Assembly: GCA_044869815.1 (NCBI GenBank)
Contig: JBIOXS010000156.1
Coordinates: 3,092 to 67,091, forward strand
Origin: Candidatus Rokuibacteriota bacterium
GTDB lineage: Bacteria > Methylomirabilota > Methylomirabilia > Rokubacteriales > CSP1-6
Direction: 5' to 3'
DNA length: 64,000 nucleotides
Part shown: piece after piece, positions 38,969 through 48,161 of the stretch
Layout of the letters: every line of letters starts with the position of its first letter
How positions within the stretch are numbered: position 1 is the first letter of the stretch
Notes under the pieces: model-generated
Told to the model about the DNA's origin: nothing
The model's database searches: none
The model's input: the letters and a program-made list of their open reading frames with translations, nothing else
Position numbers and translations under genes: made by a program

Positions 38969-39387
38969 CGCCGGAGCCGGGCTCGGATGGCCTCGACGCG
39001 TGTCCGCTGCTCGCCGGGCGACAGCGTCCGGGGCTGGTGCGGATACGTCCATGCGGGCTCGCGTGGGTTCGGGTCCGTGGCGGTCCGCGGGATGAGATGC
39101 CAGTGGATGTGCGGCAGCTGGTTGCCCAGCAAGGCGTAGTTCATCTTGACGGCGGCGTAGACGGCGGCCAGCGCGCGCGCGACCTCGCTCACCGCGTCCA
39201 TCAGCGCGCTGCGCTCGTCCCCATCGAGATCGTAGAGCTCCGTGACGTGACGGTTGAGGACGAGTACGGTCCAGCCGGCGAAGAACTGGTCGTCGTGCAG
39301 GTACGCTTTGGCCGGACCGCAGTCGGCGATGAACGCGGCCGCCGCCGGCCAGTCACCGCGGCAGGCGCGGCATTCCGACGCGCTCAC
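38965..39387 (-). CDS. HIT family hydrolase
   Basis: N-terminal CxxC, MNYALLGNQLPHIHWHLIPR histidine triad; GTG 39387. Confidence 0.9.
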   Translation of the reverse strand: MSASECRACRGDWPAAAAFIADCGPAKAYLHDDQFFAGWTVLVLNRHVTELYDLDGDERSALMDAVSEVARALAAVYAAVKMNYALLGNQLPHIHWHLIPRTATDPNPREPAWTYPHQPRTLSPGEQRTRVEAIRARLRR

Positions 39388-40538
39388 CGCCGCGCCAGGT
39401 ACGCGCCCAGGCGGCGCAGGCCTTCCTGGATGCGCTCCACCGACGAGGCGTAGGAAAAGCGCAGGTAGCCTTCGGCATTCGAACCGAACGCGGCGCCGGG
39501 CGTCACCGCCACGTGAGCCTGCTCGAGGACCTCGTACGCGAACGCGACGGAGTCGCGCGTGAAGCGCTGCGCGTTGGCGAGCACGTAGAATGCGCCCTCC
39601 GGCTCGAAGCCCACGCCGAGCCCGATCGCGCGCAGCCCCTGGACCATGGCCCGGCGCCGCTCGGCGAAAATACGACGAAAGCGCGCCGTCTCGTCGGTCG
39701 CGTCGCGTAGCGCGGCGACGCCGGCCCACTGCACGAACTCGTTGGTGGAGATGAAGAAGTTGCCGTAGAGCCGCTGGAGCGCCCGCGTGTGCTCGCGGGG
39801 CGCGATCATCCAGCCGAGACGCCAGCCCGTCATCGCGAACGCCTTCGAGAAGCCGTTCAGCACGAACGCGCGGTCCGTGAACTCCAGCATCGAGCGGTCG
39901 CGACCGCCCTCGGTGAGGCCGTGATAGATCTCGTCCGAGACGATGAACGGCCCGCTGTCGCGCGCCAGCGCCGCGATCGCTTCCATGCGGTCGGCCGGCA
40001 GTACGCTGCCGGTCGGATTGGCGGGAGAGTTCACGAGGATCGCGCGCGTGCGCATGGTCAGCCGGCCACGGATGGCGTCCGGCCGGTACTGGAAGCGCTC
40101 CGCCTCGCTGACGTCCACCTCCACCGGCACGCCGTCGGCGTAGCGGATGAAATTCGGGTAGCACGCGTAGTACGGGTTGGAGAGGATCACCTCGTCGCCC
40201 GGGTCGAGCAGATGTCCGAAGAGCAGCAGCATGGCCGGCGACGTGCCGGGCGTCACCAGCACCTGCTCGCGCTCGATGGCCACGCCGTACGTCCGCGCGT
40301 AGTGCTCGACGATGGCGTCGCGGAGCTCCACGATGCCGAGACTGTGGGTGTAGCGCGCGCGGCCGTCCTTGATGGCCTTCTCGAGCGCCTCGCGCACCAC
40401 CAGCGGCGCCTCGAAGTCGGGCTCACCGAACTCCAGGTGCACGACGTCGATGCCCTGCCGTTCCAGCGCGCCCGCGCGCTCGCCGACCTCGACGGCGAGG
40501 AAGGGCTCGATCTCCGCGATGCGCTTGGCGAAGCCTAC
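39384..40538 (-). CDS. class I/II PLP-dependent (aspartate-type) aminotransferase; start uncertain
   Basis: GEPDF, YT.SLGI.ELR, NSPANPTG, SDEIY, NGFSKAFAMTGWRLG; frame open and family-like upstream of the first canonical start (GTG 40442) to about 40538. Confidence 0.88.
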   Translation of the reverse strand, partial: VGFAKRIAEIEPFLAVEVGERAGALERQGIDVVHLEFGEPDFEAPLVVREALEKAIKDGRARYTHSLGIVELRDAIVEHYARTYGVAIEREQVLVTPGTSPAMLLLFGHLLDPGDEVILSNPYYACYPNFIRYADGVPVEVDVSEAERFQYRPDAIRGRLTMRTRAILVNSPANPTGSVLPADRMEAIAALARDSGPFIVSDEIYHGLTEGGRDRSMLEFTDRAFVLNGFSKAFAMTGWRLGWMIAPREHTRALQRLYGNFFISTNEFVQWAGVAALRDATDETARFRRIFAERRRAMVQGLRAIGLGVGFEPEGAFYVLANAQRFTRDSVAFAYEVLEQAHVAVTPGAAFGSNAEGYLRFSYASSVERIQEGLRRLGAYLARR

Positions 40539-41974
40539 CGGACCGATGACAGATCCAGACGCCGGCGACGCCGGGCGACACCGGTGGCGTGGGCGGCCTG
40601 CGCCACCGCCTGCGCCACCGCCGGGGCGACGTTCTTGTTGAACACGCTGGGAATGATGTACTCCTCGCCGAGCTCCGCCCGGCCGACGCAGCCGGCGATG
40701 GCGCGCGCGGCCGCCACCTTCATCTCATCGTTGACGGTACGCGCCCGGGAGTCGAGCAGGCCGCGGAAGAATCCGGGAAAGCAGAGCACGTTGTTGATCT
40801 GGTTCGGATAATCCGAGCGGCCCGTCGCCATCACGCGGACGTGTCGCTCCGCCTCCTCGGGCCGGATCTCGGGATCGGGATTCGCCATCGCGAAGACGAT
40901 CGGGTCGCGGGCCATGCGCTTGACGTCACGCACGGCGAGGATGCGCGGCACCGAGAGCCCGATGAAGACGTCGGCGCGCTGGACCACCTCCGACAGCTTG
41001 CCGGTCAGCTGGCGCGGGTTGGTGGCGGTGGCCACCCAGCGCTTCATGAAATCCATCCCCTGCGTCCGGCGCTTGTGAATGGCGCCGAACTCGTCGACGC
41101 CGACGATGTCCTTCACGCCGCTCGACAGCAAGATCTTGATGGTGGCGGTTCCGGCGGCGCCGACCCCGGTGACGACCACGCGCAGCTTTCTGAGATCCTT
41201 CTTCACGATGCGCAGCGCGTTCAGCAGGGCGGCCAGTACGACCACCGCGGTCCCGTGCTGATCGTCGTGAAAGACGGGCACGTCGAGCTCCTTCCGCAGT
41301 CGGTCCTCGATCTCGAAGCAGCGCGGCGCCGCGATGTCCTCGAGGTTGATGCCGCCGAACGCGGGCGCGATGTACTTCACGGTCTCCACGATCTTGTCGG
41401 CGTCCTTGGTGGCCAGGCACAGGGGGAAGGCGTCCACGTTGGCGAACTCCTTGAACAGCATCGCCTTGCCTTCCATCACCGGCAGGGCTGCTTCCGGCCC
41501 GATGTCGCCGAGGCCGAGCACGGCGGTGCCATCGGTGACGACGGCCACCATGTTCTGCTTCATCGTCAGCGAGAACGCGCGCTGACGGTCGTCGGCGATG
41601 GCGAGACACACGCGCGCCACTCCCGGCGTGTACGCCATCGAGAGATCGTCGCGCGTGCGGATCGGCACCTTGCCGCGCACCTCGAGCTTCCCACCGAGGT
41701 GCATCAGGAAGGTGCGGTCGGAGATATTGATCACGCGGACCCCGGGCACGTGCCGCAGGCGGTTCACGACCTGCGTGCCATGCTCGCTGTCGCGCGCGTC
41801 GATGGTGATGTCGCGGACGATGTGCTGGCGCTGCGACTCGACGAGGTCGACGGCGCCGATGTCGCCGCCGGCGGCGCCAATGGCGGAAGCCACCTTGCCG
41901 AGCATCCCGGGCCGGTTCCGGATGGCCACGCGGACGGTGAGACTGTAGCTCGCGCTCGGCGCGACCACCGACAT
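40535..41974 (-). CDS. NAD-dependent malic enzyme with N-terminal ACT domain
   Basis: ACT (NRPGMLGKV), [39 protein letters not shown]-like motif, [13 protein letters not shown]. Confidence 0.92.
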   Translation of the reverse strand: MSVVAPSASYSLTVRVAIRNRPGMLGKVASAIGAAGGDIGAVDLVESQRQHIVRDITIDARDSEHGTQVVNRLRHVPGVRVINISDRTFLMHLGGKLEVRGKVPIRTRDDLSMAYTPGVARVCLAIADDRQRAFSLTMKQNMVAVVTDGTAVLGLGDIGPEAALPVMEGKAMLFKEFANVDAFPLCLATKDADKIVETVKYIAPAFGGINLEDIAAPRCFEIEDRLRKELDVPVFHDDQHGTAVVVLAALLNALRIVKKDLRKLRVVVTGVGAAGTATIKILLSSGVKDIVGVDEFGAIHKRRTQGMDFMKRWVATATNPRQLTGKLSEVVQRADVFIGLSVPRILAVRDVKRMARDPIVFAMANPDPEIRPEEAERHVRVMATGRSDYPNQINNVLCFPGFFRGLLDSRARTVNDEMKVAAARAIAGCVGRAELGEEYIIPSVFNKNVAPAVAQAVAQAAHATGVARRRRRLDLSSVR

Positions 41975-42006
41975 TCCTCGCTTCTACCCTCCCGCGTGGA
42001 GCACTG

Positions 42007-43221
42007 TCAACGGGCGACCGGAAGGGCGCGTCGGATCTCGTCGAGCAGCAGCGTGGCGGCGCGGATCCGCTGCGAGGCGGCATCGCCGCCCATTGTGTGC
42101 TCGTGCCCCGTGAGGCGTCCGCGCACGGCGACGCCGAGCGCCGCGCGCGCCAACGGCGGCGACGACTCCGCCACCGCCTCCACGTAGCTGGCCGCGCCGA
42201 CCTCCACGCCGGCCCACCGCATCGCCGCCCGCGCGAGCGCCTGGGCGCGGCCGAGCGGCGTGGCGTCCCGGCCGGCGTCCACCCGCAGCGGTCCATCGGA
42301 GTTCACGTGGCTCATCACCATGGACCCCGCGAACAATCCCGGGATCGCCGCCGCCAGACGCTCCGTGGCCGCGCCAGCGGTGCCGACCTCCACCACGGCC
42401 ACCTTCGTGTCCATCGCCGCGAGTCGGCGGCCGATCTCCCCCTCGAGGGTGTCGTCATCGGCCCCGAACACGGCCTCCCCGAGGCGCTCGCGGATCGCGG
42501 CCTCGACCGGCGCGATGAGCCGGCCGGCCTCCTCGGCATCGGCGGCCTTCGCGGCGATCCGGACGTCGACCTGCCCCAGATGCGCCAGCGTGCCGACGGT
42601 GGGATTCGCCGCTTTCTCCATGAAGTCCGCCAGCCGCTCGCCGATACGGCTCTCGCCGAGGCCCACGCACTTGAGCACGCGCATCCGGATCTCGCCGCGA
42701 ATCCCGTAACGGTCGCGGAGGTATGGCAGCGCTCGGTTGACGAGCAGGTATTCCATCTCGCGGGGAACCCCGGGCAGGGTGATCAGCGTTTTCCCTTCCT
42801 GACCGACGATGAACGCGGGCGCCGTGCCCACCGGGTTCTCCACGGCGATGGCCCCGGCCGGAATGTAGGCCTGGCGTCGGTTCGAGGGAGAGAGCCGGAA
42901 GCCGCGCGAGGCGAAATAGGTCTCGATCTGGCGCAGAAGCTCCTCGGAGAAGACGAGCTCACGCCCGGTGGCCGCCGCAACCGCCTCCCGTGTGATATCG
43001 TCCGCTGTCGGTCCGATCCCTCCGGTGGTCACCACGACGTCTGAACGGTCCAGGGCCTGACGGATGACGGCGGTCGTCCGGGCGAGATTGTCCCCGACGG
43101 TCGTTTTGTAGAACAGGTTCAGGCCGATCGAGGCGAAATGGCGGGCAATGACGGCCGAGTTGGTGTCGATGATCTGGCCCAGCAGCAGCTCGGACCCGAC
43201 TGCGACGACTTCCGCCTGCAC
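42007..43221 (-). CDS. cinA: CinA family competence/damage-inducible protein (MoCF-like plus degenerate PncC domain)
   Basis: VAVGSELL.GQI.DTN, VGDN, TGG.GPT.DDITRE, LPGVP.EM; GTG 43221. Confidence 0.85.
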   Translation of the reverse strand: MQAEVVAVGSELLLGQIIDTNSAVIARHFASIGLNLFYKTTVGDNLARTTAVIRQALDRSDVVVTTGGIGPTADDITREAVAAATGRELVFSEELLRQIETYFASRGFRLSPSNRRQAYIPAGAIAVENPVGTAPAFIVGQEGKTLITLPGVPREMEYLLVNRALPYLRDRYGIRGEIRMRVLKCVGLGESRIGERLADFMEKAANPTVGTLAHLGQVDVRIAAKAADAEEAGRLIAPVEAAIRERLGEAVFGADDDTLEGEIGRRLAAMDTKVAVVEVGTAGAATERLAAAIPGLFAGSMVMSHVNSDGPLRVDAGRDATPLGRAQALARAAMRWAGVEVGAASYVEAVAESSPPLARAALGVAVRGRLTGHEHTMGGDAASQRIRAATLLLDEIRRALPVAR

Positions 43222-43497
43222 GGGAAAGCCCTCCGGGGGGAACAAGGATAGCAGAGGAATCAAGACCTGAATACGTGAAGAACATTTCCCATCCCCGATG
43301 GGGCGGACAAGTCCGCGTCGCGCCGGCGCCGTAGTTGTTACAACCGGTTAGCAAAAACCGGGAGGCGCTGGCGTGTTTCTTGAACCATTCCCGGGCATTA
43401 CTGAAACGATCGGGGCCCCAAAAGCGTCATACAGGTAAACGAAAAATCGGCCGGTGACATCATGACATTTCGAGAGAGCAACGTACAAGAGGGCAGC

Positions 43498-44964
43498 ATG
43501 GAAGCCGCTGAGCTCGTTCCGACGGCCGCTCTCGGCGCCACCGAGGAAGAGCAGCGGCCGACCGTGCTCGCCGACGAAGACGAGATCCAGCCGGTCCCCG
43601 AGGAGGCGCTGACCCCACTGCCGGCGAAGGGGGAGGACCCTGTCCGCCTCTATCTCAAGGAGATCGGCAAGGTGCCGCTGCTGACAGCCCAGCAGGAGGT
43701 CCACATCGGTCGCCGGATCGAGGTCGGCCAGATCGCGCTGCGCCGCGCGCTGTCGGGAATTCCATACGCCGTTCGCGCGCTGCTCGAGGTCGGCGACCGC
43801 CTGCGGCACAACGACATCGCCGCCGACGACGTGATTGTGCTGCCCGAGGGCGGTGAGCTCGAGGCCAAGGAGATCCGTCCCGTCGTCCTGGCCTTTGCCC
43901 GCATCCGACGGCTGGAGCGGAAGATCGCGCGGCTGGAGGAGGCGCTCGACGACAAGCGCCGGTCGGCCACCGGCCGGGCCAACGTCCAGAAACACATTCA
44001 GACCTGTCGCGAGGGGATCCAGAAGATCGTCGCCGAGATGCCACTCAAGCCGGCGCTCATCGACGACCTCGTGGCCAAGGTGCGTCGCCTCTGCCAGCGC
44101 ATCGACGCCCTGGCGAGCGAGGCCCGGAAGAACCGCACGGCCGCCGTCACGCGTGAGCTGAAGCAGGCGGAGACCGATGCGGGGCTGCCGCGCAAGCACC
44201 TGGCCGCCCTGCTCAAGGAGATCGAGACGAGCGACCGGACTGTCCGACAGGCGAAGCGGGAGCTGATGGAGGCCAATCTCCGCCTGGTCGTCTCCGTCGC
44301 CAAGCGTTACCTCGGCAGCGACCTGTCTCTGCTCGATCTCGTGCAGGAGGGCAACATCGGTCTGATGAAGGCCGTGGATCGCTTCCAGTACCGTCGCGGG
44401 TTCAAGTTCTCGACGTACGCGACCTGGTGGATCCGACAGGCGATCACGCGCGCCATCGCCGACCACTCGCGCACCATCCGGATCCCGGTGCACATGGTCG
44501 AGACGCTCAACCGCATCTCGCGGGTCAACCGTAACATGATCAACGAGATGGGCCGCGAGCCGACTCCCGAGGAGCTGGCGCAGCGGACGGGCGTCCCGGC
44601 CAAGAAGGTACGGCTGATCCTGGAGTCCTCGCGGAAGCCGCTGTCGCTGGAGACGCCGATCGGCGAAGACTCCGAGCTCGGCGATTTCCTCGAGGACAAG
44701 AGCGCGGGGTCGCCCAACGACTCCCTGCTCAATCAGGACCTCACCACCCAGGTCGAGCGTGCCCTCGCGACGCTGTCGCCGAAGGAGAAGGAGATCCTTC
44801 GTCTGCGGTTCGGTATCGGCGAGGAGGGCGAGCACACCCTGGAAGAGGTCGGCAAGCGCTTCGCGGTCACCCGCGAGCGCATCCGTCAGATCGAGGCCAA
44901 GGCCCTCCGCAAGCTGCGCCACCCGCTGCGAGGGCGCAACCTCAAGGCCTTCATCGAGAATTAG
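43498..44964 (+). CDS. RpoD-like sigma70 factor (regions 1.2, NCR, 2, 3, 4)
   Basis: [59 protein letters not shown]; start ATG 43498 preferred over 43462. Confidence 0.92.
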   Translation: MEAAELVPTAALGATEEEQRPTVLADEDEIQPVPEEALTPLPAKGEDPVRLYLKEIGKVPLLTAQQEVHIGRRIEVGQIALRRALSGIPYAVRALLEVGDRLRHNDIAADDVIVLPEGGELEAKEIRPVVLAFARIRRLERKIARLEEALDDKRRSATGRANVQKHIQTCREGIQKIVAEMPLKPALIDDLVAKVRRLCQRIDALASEARKNRTAAVTRELKQAETDAGLPRKHLAALLKEIETSDRTVRQAKRELMEANLRLVVSVAKRYLGSDLSLLDLVQEGNIGLMKAVDRFQYRRGFKFSTYATWWIRQAITRAIADHSRTIRIPVHMVETLNRISRVNRNMINEMGREPTPEELAQRTGVPAKKVRLILESSRKPLSLETPIGEDSELGDFLEDKSAGSPNDSLLNQDLTTQVERALATLSPKEKEILRLRFGIGEEGEHTLEEVGKRFAVTRERIRQIEAKALRKLRHPLRGRNLKAFIEN

Positions 44965-44968
44965 GAGA

Positions 44969-44996
44969 GCGCGGGGGGCGATCGCGGCCCCCGCGC
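44969..44996. terminator. GC-rich hairpin between convergent sigma and CMD genes
   Basis: GCGCGGGGG-N10-CCCCCGCGC, 9-bp stem, no U-tract. Confidence 0.45.
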
Positions 44997-45002
44997 GACG
45001 CG

Positions 45003-45545
45003 CTACCGCACCGCCGCAAACCCCTGCGGCTCGAGCCGGAACGCCTTGGCGAACTTGCTCGCGAAGACCTGGTAGCCGATCACGAACACGAGCTCCACCG
45101 CGTCGGCCTCCGAGAAGTGCTCTCGCACGCCGGCGAAGCAGTCGTCGGAGACCTCGAGATCGTCGCGTACCATCGCCTCGCAGAGAGCCATCGCCGCTCG
45201 CTCCCGCGGGGTGAACCGGTCGCTCTCGCGCCAGCGCGGCAGCGCCTCGAGCGTCTCGGCGTCGATTCCTTCCTTCACGCCGACGGCGTGACGGATGTCC
45301 ATTCAGTACGCGGCGTCGTAGAGGGTGGCCACCTGCAGCTGCAGCAGCGCGCGCAGCCGGCCATCGAGAGCGCCGAAGCGCTCGATCGACGTCCACAGGG
45401 CGCCGATGCCCAGCATCAGTGCCGGCCGGTGGGCCATGAGCTTCTGCGGGGTCGGCACGTCGCCGAAGAGGCGGCGGCCGATGGCGTAGGTGCCGCGAAC
45501 GACGAGCCCCGGATTCTCGACGGGAGCGATGCGATGAGCGTGCAT
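45003..45545 (-). CDS. carboxymuconolactone decarboxylase/AhpD-like protein, probable selenoprotein (Sec at in-frame TGA 45303-45305)
   Basis: One frame: MHAHRIAP...LQVATLYDAAY-TGA-MDIRHAVG...RERAAMAL; TGA sits at the second Cys of the family CxxCxDxH motif; SECIS-like hairpin follows. Confidence 0.75.
45271..45295 (-). promoter_or_regulatory. candidate bacterial SECIS element
   Basis: TCC-G-TCACGCC-GTC-GGCGTGA-A-GGA; the apical loop G lies 18 nt after the UGA. Confidence 0.6.
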
Positions 45546-45592
45546 GAGACCCTCCTCGTTGGTGTGGGTCGCCCCTCCCTTGACTGCCGAGC

Positions 45593-46096
45593 TCATTGCC
45601 GGAGCTGGCCGGTGACCGTCCGATGCCACGTGACGAGCCCGGTGTCCGGCGGTGACCCGCTGACCATCGTCAGCATGGTCGCGATCTCGCTTCGATGATG
45701 ATTGCCGTGGGCGACGACGTGCGTCAAGAGGATGCCGAGCGGCGTGTGATAGGCGTTGCCCGCGGTGTCCTTGTAGTGTATCTCGCGACCGAGGTCCACC
45801 GGCCCCAGGGCCTCCACCCACGCCTGCTGCTCGGTCACCAGCGCGTCCCAGTCCTTGCGCAGCGCGGCCATCGACCCGATGTCCGCGCCCGGCAGCGCGC
45901 TCGTGGAGTATCCCTTCCAGCGCGCCAGCCACAGGGCGTCGGCCCCGTAGACGTGCGCGAACATCCGCCGCAGCGTGGGGAAGCTGAATTGCTGGCCGAT
46001 CTCGCGGCCGCAGGTCTCCTCGCCGAGCGCGCTGGCCACGTCGAACAAGCGGCGGTTCGCCCACCGGTGATACGCGTGGAGCTCGCTGGGGGTCAT
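45593..46096 (-). CDS. DinB/YfiT-like family protein
   Basis: YHRWANRRL, AHVYGAD..WL, HVVAHGNHHRSEIATML His triad. Confidence 0.85.
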   Translation of the reverse strand: MTPSELHAYHRWANRRLFDVASALGEETCGREIGQQFSFPTLRRMFAHVYGADALWLARWKGYSTSALPGADIGSMAALRKDWDALVTEQQAWVEALGPVDLGREIHYKDTAGNAYHTPLGILLTHVVAHGNHHRSEIATMLTMVSGSPPDTGLVTWHRTVTGQLRQ

Positions 46097-46602
46097 GGCT
46101 GCTCCTGACCGCTGCGGATGGCGATGAAGCGCGCGAGCCCCGTCCCGGGCGGCGAGCCGCTCACCATCGTCAGCATCGTGGCGATCTCGCTGCGGTGATG
46201 CGTCCCGTGGTCGGGCACGTGGTGCAGCAGCAGTCCCAGCGGCTGCCGGAACGCCTTGCCGGACAGCAAGCGATAGTTGATGACGCGGTCGACGTCGGCC
46301 TCGCGCAGGCCGTCGAGAAACGTCTTCTGCTCGCGCTCGAGCGTCACCCAGCGCTCGCCCAGCTCGGCGAGCGTGGCCGGCTCGTCGGGGACCGAGGTCG
46401 GGGACACGCCCTGCCAGCGGGCGAGCCAGAGGCCGTCGACGCCGAAGATGTGGAAGAACATCCGCTTGAGTGAGGGCTCGCTGAACTGGGTGCCGATCGG
46501 ATGCGCGGCCTTCGCCTCTCCCAGCTTGGCCGCGGTGTCGAGGAGCGTGCGGTTCGCCCACCAGTGGTGCTCGTACAGCGTCCGAATCGCGGTCAAGCTC
46601 AT
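46093..46602 (-). CDS. DinB/YfiT-like family protein
   Basis: HHWWANRTL, FHIFGVD..WL, HVPDHGTHHRSEIATML. Confidence 0.85.
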   Translation of the reverse strand: MSLTAIRTLYEHHWWANRTLLDTAAKLGEAKAAHPIGTQFSEPSLKRMFFHIFGVDGLWLARWQGVSPTSVPDEPATLAELGERWVTLEREQKTFLDGLREADVDRVINYRLLSGKAFRQPLGLLLHHVPDHGTHHRSEIATMLTMVSGSPPGTGLARFIAIRSGQEQP

Positions 46603-46606
46603 CGCC

Positions 46607-46822
46607 TCACTCCAGCAGGGCGACCGTCTCGCCCTCCTGCACCGTCTGGCCTTCGCGCACGCGGATCTCCTTGACGGCCCCGGCCCGTGGCGCTTCCACC
46701 GGGATCTCCATCTTCATCGATTCCAGCACGATCACCGGATCGCCCGCGGCCACCCTGTCGCCGGGCTTGGCGGTCACCTGAAACACGATGCCGGTGATGT
46801 GCGCCTTGATCTCCTCAGCCAT
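46607..46822 (-). CDS. stand-alone biotin carboxyl carrier (biotin/lipoyl) protein
   Basis: LESMKMEIPV biotinylation motif, 71 aa. Confidence 0.9.
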   Translation of the reverse strand: MAEEIKAHITGIVFQVTAKPGDRVAAGDPVIVLESMKMEIPVEAPRAGAVKEIRVREGQTVQEGETVALLE

Positions 46823-48158
46823 TGAACGCTCCTTGTTCCACCATCTGGGTGTGCACGACGCCGCGGCGAAACTCCGGATGGCCGGCGATCATTCGTAGCA
46901 GCGGCAGCGTGGTCTTCACGCCCTCCACCACGCAGTCATCGAGCGCGCCGGCCAGGCGCTCGAGGGCCTGCGACCGGTCTCGCCCGCTGGCGATGAGCTT
47001 GAAGAGCAGCGGGTCGTAGTGAACGGACACGACGCTGCCCTCGACCACGCCGGACTCGATGCGGAGCCCCTCGCCGCGCGGCAGCGACAGTCGGGTGAGC
47101 GCTCCGGGTGACGGCAGGAAGTTCTTGGCAGGGTCCTCGGCGTACACGCGCACCTCGATGGCGGCGCCGCGCTGGACGATGGCCTCCTGCGGCCACGGCA
47201 GCGGCGCGCCGGCGGCGACGTCGAGCTGGGCGACGACGAGGTCCGCCCCCGTCACCTCTTCCGTCACCGGATGCTCGACCTGTAACCGCGTGTTCATCTC
47301 GAGGAAGTAGAATTTCTCCCCGTCGACGAGGAACTCCAGGGTGCCGGCGTTGACGTAGCCGATCGCCCGCGCCCCGGCCACGGCGGCCTCCGTGAGCCCC
47401 TGCTTGATCTCGGGACGGAGATTCGGCGCCGGCGACTCCTCGACCAGCTTTTGATGCCGGCGCTGGATCGAGCACTCACGCTCGTGCAGGTGCACCACCG
47501 TGCCCTTGGCGTCGCCGAACACCTGCACCTCGACGTGGCGCCCGCGCTCCACGTACCGCTCGACGTAGACCTCCGCCCGGCCGAACGCCGCCTGCGCGCG
47601 CCGTGTCGCGGTCGCCCACGCGCCCGCCAGATCGCTCTCCTGCGCCACCTTCGCCATGCCGATGCCGCCTCCGCCGGCGGCCGCCTTGAGGATCACGGGG
47701 TAGCCGACGTTCGCGGCGCACCGCTGGGCGGCAGCGGCGTCCGCCACCGGCTCCGGACTGCCGGGCACGATCGGCACGCCGGCGGCGGCCATGCGCCGGC
47801 GCGCTTCCGTCTTGTCCCCCATCACCCGGATGGCCTCGGGCGTCGGGCCGATGAACGTCAGCCCCGCCTGCGCGCACGCCTCGGCGAAGCCCCAGTTCTC
47901 GGAGAGGAATCCATAGCCCGGATGGACGGCGTCGGCCTCGCTCTCCCGGGCGGCCGCGATGATGCGCGGGATGTCGAGATAGCTCTCGCGCGCGGGGGCC
48001 GGCCCGATGGCGATCGCGCGGTCCGCGTCCTTGACGTATGGCGCGTCGCGATCGGCCTCGGAATAGACGGCGACGGTCCGAAGCCGGCGCGTCCGGCAGG
48101 CGCGGAAGACGCGGCGTGCGATCTCTCCGCGATTGGCGACGAGCACGGTGCGGAACAC
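46815..48158 (-). CDS. biotin carboxylase (AccC-like)
   Basis: VLVANRGEIA, HPGYGFLSEN, AAGGGG.GM, RECSIQRRHQK, EMNTRLQVEHPVTE. Confidence 0.93.
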   Translation of the reverse strand: MFRTVLVANRGEIARRVFRACRTRRLRTVAVYSEADRDAPYVKDADRAIAIGPAPARESYLDIPRIIAAARESEADAVHPGYGFLSENWGFAEACAQAGLTFIGPTPEAIRVMGDKTEARRRMAAAGVPIVPGSPEPVADAAAAQRCAANVGYPVILKAAAGGGGIGMAKVAQESDLAGAWATATRRAQAAFGRAEVYVERYVERGRHVEVQVFGDAKGTVVHLHERECSIQRRHQKLVEESPAPNLRPEIKQGLTEAAVAGARAIGYVNAGTLEFLVDGEKFYFLEMNTRLQVEHPVTEEVTGADLVVAQLDVAAGAPLPWPQEAIVQRGAAIEVRVYAEDPAKNFLPSPGALTRLSLPRGEGLRIESGVVEGSVVSVHYDPLLFKLIASGRDRSQALERLAGALDDCVVEGVKTTLPLLRMIAGHPEFRRGVVHTQMVEQGAFNG

Positions 48159-48161
48159 GGC

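Noticed and set aside
43368-43384. Sigma54 -24/-12-like CTGGCGTGTTTCTTGAA upstream of the sigma gene
   Set aside because: The -12 GC is GA and the -24 flank deviates; too weak to call
45026-45038. Third copy of the CGGCTCGAGCCG palindrome
   Set aside because: Inside coding sequence (RLEPQ) and lacks the asymmetric CCACCCA flank; likely chance
45003-45545. Calling the CMD gene a pseudogene or two separate genes
   Set aside because: The TGA falls exactly at the catalytic Cys column, the frame is preserved and a SECIS-like hairpin follows; Sec recoding is more parsimonious
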